A stretch of DNA of 64,000 nucleotides from Anthoceros angustus (lineage: Eukaryota; Plantae; Anthocerotophyta): NCBI GenBank assembly GCA_010909165.1, contig MU008155.1:1240001-1304000 (forward strand). Direction: 5' to 3'. Shown here one piece after another: positions 23,837 through 34,150 of the stretch. Below the pieces are notes generated by a model. That model saw only the letters and a list, made by a program, of their open reading frames with translations. It was not told where the DNA came from and searched no databases. How positions within the stretch are numbered: the stretch's first letter is position 1; each line of letters opens with the position of its first letter. The position numbers and the translations under genes are program-made.

Positions 23837-24644
23837 TCACTGTTTGTATGTGGAGATGAGCACAGAGTCTGGCAGCCAGCGAATGTACTCCATGTGAGAC
23901 TTGTGCTCCACTGTATCGAACTCCTCCGGGTGGGAGTTGAGGTAACTGCGATAGTCAGGCGCGCCTGGAATTGTCATGTTGTCGGCCACCACGACGGTGC
24001 CTGTCTTGAGGAATCCACCCTCCTTGAGCAGCAGCATGTCTGACAGGTAGTAATGTTTGTGGTGGTCTAGAAACACAAAGTCGAACCCGGTTGCCTTGAG
24101 CTCCTTCAAGATGTTGCCCACCTTTTCTAGCCCCTCACTGAACACCCCTGCCACAACGGTCACCTTGTCCGACAGTCCTGAGAGCGCATCGACAGTCAGG
24201 TCACAGAAACCAGAAAGCCAGTAGCTGAGATGTGAGCTACTCCTAGCATGGGCTGGTACCTGCGTGATGGACAACCTTGCGTGTGATCTCTGCATTGTCA
24301 GGGTTCCTCTCCACAGACACCAGCTTGGAGTCGGGTCGATTGAGCTGGCTGGCGATGCGCACGGCAGAGTAGCCACAGTAGGCGCCAATCTCTAGCGCAA
24401 TGCGGGGATTGCACGACTGCAGGGCGCCGTCCAAGATGAGGCCCTTCTCGTCTCCCACATTCATGAGCCAGGTGCGCTGCGCGAACTCGTCCACCGCCTG
24501 CAGCACTGACTGCGGGTTGCCTTGCTCCGCCTGGCTCAGCACATGCTGCAGCAGCGCCTTCTCCCTGCCATCGCCCACATCGCCTCGAGAGAACGTGAAC
24601 GGGCCCATGGCCCTGATGAAACTCAGCACCTGCCACACTCCCAT
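23837..24644 (-). CDS. COMT: Catechol O-methyltransferase (Mg2+/SAM-dependent, animal/actinobacterial COMT type), 2 exons, 241 aa
   Basis: Exon 1 24644-24260, intron 24259-24178 (GT...CTGAC...CAG), exon 2 24177-23837; 726 nt with no frameshift. Motifs MNVGDEKG, LEIGAYCGYS, VFLDHHK, VVADN, PGAPDY, HMEY. Confidence 0.92.
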
Positions 24645-24822
24645 CACCGCGGGCTGGCTCCCCCTTTGGGTTGGCTCAACAATCTCCCTGCAGCCTCTGT
24701 AGTGAGCGCTGCAGATTGGCTTCTTGTGAAGGTTGCGCAAGTAGAGGCTGCAGTAATGGGCTGGCTCACTCTTTAGCGGGACAGACGAGGACGAAGGATA
24801 ATCGTTCACAGCACGTGATTCG

Positions 24823-26844
24823 TATGGCATACCAAAGAGGACACAGGGGATGGGGCATTTTTTTTCACGCAAAAGCCATACAAGGCATAGGCCCGAAGAG
24901 GACAGAGGGGATGGGGCATATTTTTTCACGCAAAAGCCATACAAGGCGTAGGCCCAAAGAGGACAGAGGGGATGGGGCATTTTTTTTCACGCAAAAGCCA
25001 TACAACGCGTAGGCCCAAAGAGGACAGAGGGGATGGGGCATTTTTTTTCACGCAAAAGCCATACAAGGCGTAGGCAGAGGACAGAGGGGATGGGGCATTT
25101 TTTTTCACGCAAAAGCCATACAACGCGTAGGCCCAAAGAGGACAGAGGGGATGGGGCATTTTTTTTCACGCAAAAGCCATAGAGGGGATGGGGCATTTTT
25201 TTTCACGCAAAAGCCATACAAGGCGTAGGCATCTTGAGAACTGTACCACACATTTCATACGGATTGCTTTCTCACAGCACATGCTCAAATGTCCGCTTTG
25301 GCGCCCTAACCAGGAGCGGCCAAGCACCAAAGGGACACACACTCTTTCTCTTCGAAATGGGTGTGAGCTTGAAAATTTTTCAGAAAACAAAGAGTCTTCC
25401 GCCCTACCTTCTACTATTAAGTTTTCTTCGATGCTATCCCATGGCCACCAAACACTAACCCGACCATGGTCTTCGAAGGCAATGATGGCCGCGGCTGCCG
25501 GCACGGCCATGGTTTTGCGAACCTGCATATGCCCGCGGCTATGCCCGCGTCTTCTTAGCTAGAGACAATGGAATCGTAATTTTGTTAGGGAACCTGCGAT
25601 GCTGGAAATATTAAGAAGCACTATCCTCTTCGAAACAGGAAGAAGCACGAGCCCGCTCGAAACAGGAAGAGGGGATGGTGCTGGAACATGGAAGCCGCCA
25701 CTGCCATCATGCAGCCAGGAGCACGCGTAACATGTACCTCAGCGTCTTGCCTCTCCATCCATCACACCATCACACTTGCGGCAGTGTTCGTCGTCCACCG
25801 CGGTTCCGCATGTGCGATACCCCGTGTACAGGAAAAACTGCAAACTGCGAGGTGTCCACTACGCGTATAATCACCTCCACACCAATCGCCCGAACCACAC
25901 CGAGGTGCCGCGTAGAGTGGCCACCACCCGTTCTATGCACCAATCGTCGCCTGCATTGGATGTCTCCGCCCCTTCCGTCATCCCTGGTCGGGCGCTTCCT
26001 GCTCCTCTTGCCCTTGGTATTTCCAAGTTCCTCCTTCCCAATCTCTACATGTTTGGGATTGGCATCTGAACGTTCACCTACCGCTGTGTAGTCGAACCCA
26101 CGGATAGGACGGGTATGCTGTTGCCGTTCCATGGCACTTGACACTCGTACTCCACACTCTTGTTTTTTCATCCCTACCCACATGTTTTATTTCACGCGTG
26201 TCATCGCCGGCCAACATACATGTCGTAGTCACCTTCTATGCTAGCGTGTACGCCAAAATGCTATGAATGCTTTGGTCATATTGGTCTGGCTTCATTATGA
26301 ACACAATCATCTATAAGAGATGGAACAAGTCTTGAGATCCATAGTACACTATCATCCAAGCCTTGCATATATAGCTTTTGTCTGTTTATTCTCTCGCTTC
26401 AGCAATCCCTTTACCTCCACAGCAGCCTGCTGGCTGTTACTTCCACTTTGTTCTGTGCTAATTTTATGCATGTTCATCGCGCCATACATACATCCACATG
26501 CCACGTGACATCCATTCCTTATATGCACATACACACGCTTCAAAAAAAATCCACATGTTTCTACACAACCACTTGGGCTGTAGTGACTATGGCTCCCCAT
26601 ATCTTCGGTTTATTGCAAGTGAATTATATGCCACCCGAACTCCATATGTGGTTTACACATGCCACAAACGAAGTTCCCTTTCTGTGTACCGGTGAGCGCG
26701 AAGTGGCTGCTTTGGTGCGTCCGCTTTGGGCTACCCCATTTCGATCGGGTTACTAAACCGGACACCAAAAAGACATGTGGTGTGAACAAAAGTTTCGCAT
26801 GCGAAAAATGTGCCCCATCCCCTCTTCCTCGTTGGTATGCCATA
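24823..26844. mobile_element. 2022-bp non-autonomous TIR element with a candidate 6-bp TSD (GATTCG)
   Basis: Left end TATGGCATACCAAAGAGGACACAGGGGATGGGGCATTTTT is the inverted counterpart of right end AAAAATGTGCCCCATCCCCTCTTCCTCGTTGGTATGCCATA. GATTCG flanks both ends (24817-22, 26845-50). Confidence 0.6.
24832..25230. repeat. ~61-bp tandem repeat, about 7 copies, built from the left-TIR sequence
   Basis: CCAAAGAGGACAGAGGGGATGGGGCATTTTTTTTCACGCAAAAGCCATACAAGGCGTAGGC repeated, three copies truncated. Confidence 0.93.
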
Positions 26845-27767
26845 GATTCGTGTGAAGTTACATAAAAAGGGTTCTGAAGGGTTCATAAAAAGGGTTATGA
26901 GGTGAGGCGGTTGAGATATGATAGAAAGTTATTAAGCACCAAGTCCCATGAAAGGAAAATTCCGTCCAAGTGGACTATAATATATTCTTCTCCTTCTTCT
27001 AATAGCACGGGATTCGTGTGAAGTTACATAGAAAGGGTTCTTGAATGAGGCGGTTGAGATCTGACTTGTAATCGTGTGAAGTTACATACAAAGGGTTATG
27101 GAGTGAAGTCTGACTTGTAACCGTTCACTCAATAGTGACTCATTGTAAATTAATTAATTAGTTTACTCATCTACTCATGCCCTGTAGGACCTAGGACTTG
27201 GCTATGGCATAACTCAAATACACTCCGCGAGGCATCCTTCTGCCCCAGCCGAGCCAGGATTCCCAATTTCCCATAGCGCGGCATACTTTCTCTTTTCTCG
27301 ATGCAGAGCTACACCACTTGATAGAACAAACAAAGCCTTTTAGTAAAGACGAAGCATATGGCTGCGGCCGGAGCGGGCGAGAGGGTAAGGAAGAAGGTGG
27401 CTCCTTCCCGAACCAGCCGGGTGAGGACGGAGCCTGTGCTGCAGGAGCTATCGCATCGCTGCGATGAAGGAACCGAGCTGCGATGAATGCTCGCATACCT
27501 GCAGGCTGCTGTGGCATACCATGAGAAAGATATCATTTTGGAAGTAGAGGGAGCCTCCGAGAAGCCATGAGCAGTGGGCGGAGGGAAGTCCGAGACACAG
27601 ACATGTGGTGATCAAGTCAGCAACAAGGCGAGGAAGCCCTGTTGTTGGTGCGGGGACTTCCATAGTTTGTAAAGTACAAATGCATTAATTAGATTAATAA
27701 TAATCGATTCAATAAGTAAGTTGATAAATAATCTCAATCGAATTAAAATTTTAAATTCGAATTCTTT

Positions 27768-28184
27768 GTGAGCCTTGTTCACAAAAGGCAGGGGAGGGGA
27801 GCGAAAGACGATGGTGCGTGTGTAGGCCCTTCCAACCAAAAGGAGCGTGGGCAGTTGAAACCCTTCTCGCCGGACTGCCTGCCACATTGTGTCACGAAGG
27901 CTGCGGGAGAGATGGCGTTCATAATGGAGTTCGCGGAGCACTGGATTCGGAGCAGGATGGAGCATCCAGAGCACCGAGACGCTGTGTTTCGTGAAGACCT
28001 GCGGAAGATTAAGGCCAAGTGTGAGGAACTCAAGGAGTCCTGGGCGCTGCCGGTGAAGCCTTATGGATCCTGGGGCGCGGACAAGAACAACCACAAGTTG
28101 ATCATGGATTTGAAGCTCAGCCGCATGCCGGGCCGGATGGATCCGTATGATCAGATTCGCGACCCGGTTGTACCCAAGCGGTAG
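27768..28184 (+). CDS. Possible coding exon of unknown function
   Basis: 138-codon frame with GC-rich third positions following an AT-rich intron-like stretch; no family recognised. Confidence 0.3.
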   Translation: MSLVHKRQGRGAKDDGACVGPSNQKERGQLKPFSPDCLPHCVTKAAGEMAFIMEFAEHWIRSRMEHPEHRDAVFREDLRKIKAKCEELKESWALPVKPYGSWGADKNNHKLIMDLKLSRMPGRMDPYDQIRDPVVPKR

Positions 28185-29966
28185 TGAGTTCACAGCAGGG
28201 CGGGGCTCAGTCCTAGCATGGTGCCTGTTGGTGCGTGGACGCTGTCTGGCTTTCGATGGTTAGAGCACTGCTGGGACAGCTCAGGCGGCCGCGTATGGTT
28301 CAGTCATATGTTGGATACCAACCTAGGTCTTGGTAGGGTTTTTTGCAGCTGCAAGGGACCTTCTGTGTTCCTCAAAATAATCGGGGCTCAGTTGTGATTG
28401 ATGTCAGGGTTCTGGTAAGTCTTTTCTGCACTGGCGGAGAGCTGAATTTTCATAACTGGGGTTTCTGAACGTTTGCTTAGTAACTTTACTGGCACCGGCA
28501 GCATCTGCAATGGGTTCTCCAGAGATTGCAGGTTTTCCTCTCGGGATGATTCTGACAACACAGGATCAGCTGAGGGCCGAGCAGGTTGGACTGTCTGACT
28601 GTGCCGATAATTGTTCCCCAAAGATCATATGCATTTTCGAAGGTATACTGTCTTTTCTTTTCCTCTGGAAAGAGCAACCCAAACTCTATTGTGGACGTTG
28701 AGGAGCCCTATTTCGCCAGGGCCATCGTTGCTCCCTAATTTGTTGTTCCGCACCACCGAATGAAGAATGGTTTTGCTCTCCTCTTCGAAAAAGTCACTCA
28801 TACTGGTGACTCTGGAGAACACCCTTCCTGAATGATTCTGAAGAATGATTTTGCTCTACTCTTCATGAAAGTCATCCGTGCTGGTAACTCTGGGGAATTA
28901 ATCCTCTTCCTGGTTGATTTTTTATCCCTGCTGTAACTACTCTTGGTGGGCATCTAGCCTCTACGCGCACATTCAAGATGTATGATCCCCTATGAGGACG
29001 AGGTGCTTGGTGTAAGGCATATCACGCAAATCACAGATTTAATTGAACTGACCAAAATCCCACCTCGATCTTATTGCTCTATCTAAAAGTAATAGGAGAC
29101 GTGGTAATCCTCTACTTCAGAAAGCTTTGGAACTTGTGACTATTCCTGCTACGCTCCAGGTGCAAGATTGAAGCGAGCTCTTTGCCGAATGAGGCCACTA
29201 CCCGGTTTGGCGATGCCGGAAGCCAAGCTGAGTTGCCCCGTCTGCAATGAGAACAACGTCAGGGCATACCATCGTGGACGGCATGAGCGTGACAGACAGT
29301 GCAATAAACCGGAGAGTTCGCAAGCAGGAACTTCACATCCTCGCGAGATAGGTTGTGCCTTGTTCTCCAAATGATGCGGGGAGTCAATAACGTGATCTCT
29401 GGAATATTAGAATTCACAAAGCTTCAACGCAGGGTCGGCCTGATGGTGAATGTGCAACCGCGGACTCACAACAGAATGGAATGCTGCCGGCGCCAGGCCT
29501 AGGGAGTCAAAGGTGGGAAACTGGGTGAAGGGGAAGAGCGAGTCTGCTACAGAGGCGTGAGGACTCGAGGAGCATCATTGCACCGATAACGGTGTTCCGC
29601 TGCGACTCCCCCCATGTGCAGCTCCTAGAGATGAGGAACTCTCTTGTCGTCCTCACAAAAAGCTTCGATGTGCAAAGCGGGAACAAATGTGTTTAAAGAT
29701 GGAGCAAGGAGCTTGCACAATCTCAAGCTATGGTCTCTCTAAGCCTAGCATGCCGAGAAGTTGAGTGTGGTAGCATATAACCCATACTCCTTGGGAACTG
29801 TGTTTATAAATTTTATAGATCATTAATGCCTCTACTTGAATTGTGAGCTATGGGGGTCGCTTGTCAATTCTCCGCCTTTTCCCATGATGGTTCTCCCATC
29901 CTTAGTGGACATAAATAAAGTTGTTGTTTCCCTGGTTTCTGTTCCTCAGTTCCGCTTGTTCTCTAT

Positions 29967-30186
29967 GTTACGGGTGTGTAATTTGTGGCCCACAATGATA
30001 AGATTCGAGAGGCCTACAATGATTTGTGGCCTACAATGATAAGATTCAAGAGGCCTACAATGATAAGATTCGAGAGGTTACGGGTGTGTAATTTGTGGCC
30101 TACAATGATAAGATTCGAGAGGCCTACAATGATTTGTGGCCTACAATGATAAGATTCAAGAGGCCTACAATGATAAGATTCGAGAG
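29967..30186. repeat. 2 x 110-bp repeat built from ~24-bp subunits
   Basis: GTTACGGGTGTGTAATTTGTGG at 29967 and 30077; subunit CTACAATGATAAGATTCGAGAGGC. Confidence 0.93.
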
Positions 30187-30204
30187 GTGAGTCAGACACG
30201 CCGG

Positions 30205-32572
30205 AAGGATGCAATCCTGCTGCCAAGCCGCGGCCGAGACAAGAGAGCAACTTCTGCGCTGTAAAAGTGGTAGAGGGAACGTGCAGCCCTCCGAACTGAA
30301 CCTTCACCGAATCCGAAATCTGTTTTGTGCAACTGTGCAACTTGGGAATCGAAGAAAAATTTGCGAACCGCCCAGGGAGTCAGGGTTATTCCATCCAGGG
30401 GGAGCTACGGCTACTCCCACTGCTCGAATCCTATCTGGCCACGAAACTTCCACTCCATCTCCGGCGGCGACAATTAAGAAACGCGTATTGGGACCCACGG
30501 CGGCGGGCTAGGCAGCACATATGCCACTTCCTCATAGAACGCCGTCTGGCTTTTGAAGGTTAGAGCACTGCTGGGACAGCTCAGGGGGCCGCGTGTGGTT
30601 CAGTCACATGTTGGATACCAACTTAGGTGTTGGTAGGGGATTTTCGCAGCTGGAAGGGAATTTCATATGCAGCTCCTGGCTGTGACAGACAAGATGAGGA
30701 ACTACACATGCAGGTCCTGGCGGACAGACAAGATGAGGAACTCTTGTTGTTTTCTCGAAAGCTTCGATGTGTTCCCGCTCGAGCAAGGGGCTTGAGATTC
30801 CTATCTAATCCTAGCAAATTGAGTGAGAAGTTGAGTGTGGTAGCATATAACCCATATCGCTTGCAAAAAGTACGGATACTCCTTTGACATATGGTATGTT
30901 TCCTCCATTGTTTATTTGGAGACTCGTTGGTTCTCCCATCCTTAGTGGACATAAATAAAGTTGTTGTTATTGCTGCCGCCTTCATGTCGTCCCACTCGGC
31001 CCATTACTAACCCACAAGTTTCTTTTTGCTAGCTTTCTCAAGCTGCTAACTGGCTTAGAAGATTCGAGTTTGAACCTTTTAACTCCCTGCTTTGGCCCTC
31101 TCCCTCCTCCCAACTCCCCCTTTCTCACATCCCCCAACCACTCCATTCGCAGGGCCCTTAAATTAAGAGATCTTTACCTCACCTGGTCCCTCTTTCCTTT
31201 TCCCCCCCTCTCACTTCTAGACTCCGCTTTTACAAAGACGAGCTCCGAGTTAATCCTCCCTCTGGTAAATTTCCTACCCTGCCCCGCTACCTCAGTTCCC
31301 CCCTATCCTTCAAACTCCGCACATTCATAGGTCAATTTCGTGTTAGCTTCCACCACCTCCGGATTGAGACCGACTGCTGGCTCAAGCCCGCCTCCCCAAG
31401 ACCAAAGGATGCAATCCTGCTGCCGCGGCCGAGACAAGAGAGCAACTTCTGCGCTGTAAAAGTGGTAGAGGGAACGTGCAGCCCTCCGAACTGAACCTTC
31501 ACCGAATCCGAAATCTGTTTTGTGCAACTGTGCAACTTGGGAATCGAAGAAAAATTTGCGAACCGCCCAGGGAGTCAGGGTTATTCCATCCAGGGGGAGC
31601 TACGGCTACTCCCACTGCTCGAATCCTATCTGGCCACGAAACTTCCACTCCATCTCCGGCGGCGACAATTAAGAAACGCGTATTGGGACCCACGGCGGCG
31701 GGCTAGGCAGCACATATGCCACTTCCTCATAGAACGCCGTCTGGCTTTTGAAGGTTAGAGCACTGCTGGGACAGCTCAGGGGGCCGCGTGTGGTTCAGTC
31801 ACATGTTGGATACCAACTTAGGTGTTGGTAGGGGATTTTCGCAGCTGGAAGGGAATTTCATATGCAGCTCCTGGCTGTGACAGACAAGATGAGGAACTAC
31901 ACATGCAGGTCCTGGCGGACAGACAAGATGAGGAACTCTTGTTGTTTTCTGAAAGCTTCGATGTGTTCCTGCTCGAGCAAGGGGCTTGAGATTCCTATCT
32001 AATCCTAGCAAATTGAGTGAGAAGTTGAGTGTGGTAGCATATAACCCATATCGCTTGCAAAAAGTACGGATACTCCTTTGACATATGGTATGTTTCCTCC
32101 ATTGTTTATTTGGAGACTCGTTGGTTCTCCCATCCTTAGTGGACATAAATAAAGTTGTTGTTATTGCTGCCTTCATGTCGTCCCACTCGGCCCATTACTA
32201 ACCCACAAGTTTCTTTTGCTAGCTTTCTCAAGCTGCTAACTGGCTTAGAAGATTCGAGTTTGAACCTTTTAACTCCCTCGCTTTGGCCCTCCCTCCTCCC
32301 AACTCCCCTTTCTCACATCCCCAACCACTCCATTCAGGGGCCCTTAAATTAAGAGATCTTTACCTCACCGGTCCCTCTTCCTTTTCCCCTCTCACTTCTA
32401 GACTTTACAAAGACGAGCTCCGAGTTAATCCTCCCTCCGTAAATTTCCTACCCCGCCTGCCACCTCCCCCTATCCTTCAAACTCCGCACATTCATAGGTC
32501 AATTTCGTTAGCTTCCACCACCTCCTGATTGAGACCGACTGGCTCAAGCCCGCCTCCCCAAGACCAAAGGAT
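30205..32572. repeat. Two tandem copies of a ~1.2-kb unit
   Basis: AAGGATGCAATCCTGCTGCC at 30205 and 31405, junction AAGGAT again at 32567. Copies differ mostly by small indels. Confidence 0.93.
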
Positions 32573-33114
32573 CCGCAAGCTTTGCTCCTTGGACCCTGAA
32601 TCTGAATCACACTTCCTCTTTTATTGTCCTGCCTTTGCCGATATTCGGTCTCGTTACTCTCTTCTTTTTTAGTGTGCCGGCTACTCGCTGCGCAGATTTT
32701 TCTCTTTCCACATTCCTAGGCTCTCTGGACTATATCTCTCTGAGCTTCTTGATCTTCGGCATGCCCTGTTGGACTCCTTGTAGTCTTCGCCTTCTTTTCC
32801 GATTTCCTCATACAGTAACTGCTTCTCTAGTTCAGACATATGTAAGTGTACTCGGTTTTTAAACCTCTTTTACGCTGTACTATCTCTGTCCCATGATGGT
32901 CCTTCTATCCTTAGCGGACATAAATAAAGCTGTTGTTGTTGTTGTTGCGCACTCTTAGGTTGCTCGCTCTGATGCTTGTGGTCGAATATTCTCCATCAGG
33001 TAAGATAAAGCTATTAACCTGCTATTAATAGAAGGAGGTTACCCGCTTTCAAAGCAGCTCAGGTCAAGTGGCAGAAGGAGGTTACCAGCTTTCAAAGCAG
33101 CTCGTGCTGTGCAG

Positions 33115-34150
33115 GTTAAGTGGCTTTCTTTCGTGGGGATACCAAGTTGAAGCTAAGTGGCTTTCTTTCGTGGGGATACCAAGTTGAAGCTAAGTGGCTT
33201 TCTTTAGTGGGGATACCAAGTTGAAGCTAAGTGGCTTTCGTGGGGATACCAAGTTGAAGCTAAGTGGCTTTCTTTCTGGGGATACCAATTTGAAGCTAAG
33301 TGGCTCTTTCTGGGGATACCAAGTTGAAGCTAAGTGGCTTTCTGTGGGGATACCAAGTTGGAGCCTAAGTGGCTTTCTTGGTGGGGATACCAAGTTGAAG
33401 CTAAGTGGCTTTCTTTAGTGGGGATACCAAGTTGAAGCTAAGTGGCTTTCTGGGGATACCAAGTTGAAGCTAAGTGGCTTTCTCGTGGGGATACCAATTT
33501 GAAGCCAAGTGGCTTTCTTCGTGGGGATACCAAGTTGAAGCCATGGCTTTCTGGGGATACCAAGTTGGAGCTAAGTGGCTTTCTTCGTGGGGATACCAAG
33601 TTGAAGCTAAGTGGCTTTCTTTCGTGGGGATACCAATTTGAAGCTAAGTGGCTTTCTTTCGTGGGGATACCAAGTTGAAGCTAGTAACCTCCTTCTATCA
33701 AGAAGAAGTTACCCGCTTTTAAAGCAGCTCGTGCTGCAAGTCAAGTCGTGGGGATGCCAAGTTGAAGCTAGTAACCTCCTTCTATTAAGAAGAAGTTACC
33801 CGCTTTCAAAGCAGCTCGTGCTGCAGGTCAAGTCGTGGGGATACCAAGTTGAAGCTAGTAACCTCCTTGCTGCAAGTCAAGTCATGGGGATGCCAAGTTG
33901 AAGCTAGTAACCTCCTTCTATTAAGAAGAAGTTACCCGCTTTCAAAGCACTCGTCGCAGTCAAGTCGTGGGGATACCAAGTTGAAGCTAGTAACCTCCTT
34001 CTATTAAGAAGAAGTTACGCTTTCAAAGCAAACGTCGCAGTCAAGTCGTGGGGATACTGTTGAAGCTAGTAACCTCCTTCTATTAAGAAGAAGTTACCCG
34101 CTTTCAAAGCAGCTCGTGCTGCAGGTCAAGTGGCTTTCTTTCGTGGGGAT
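33115..34150. repeat. Two-phase satellite: 15 units of 32-37 bp, then ~6 mostly 80-90-bp units with the same head
   Basis: All units begin GGGGATRCCAAGTTGAAGCTA or a close variant. Short units continue AGTGGCTTTC; long units continue GTAACCTCCTTCTATTAAGAAG. Confidence 0.93.

Noticed and set aside
24645-24980. 112-aa N-terminal extension of COMT in ORF 24243-24980
   Set aside because: It runs through the 61-bp repeat and TIR. The ATG at 24644 has good context and gives a normal-sized COMT.
33115-34150. CRISPR-like look (constant ~21-bp head with varying linker)
   Set aside because: Linkers are near-identical rather than unique spacers, there are no cas genes, and the context is eukaryotic.
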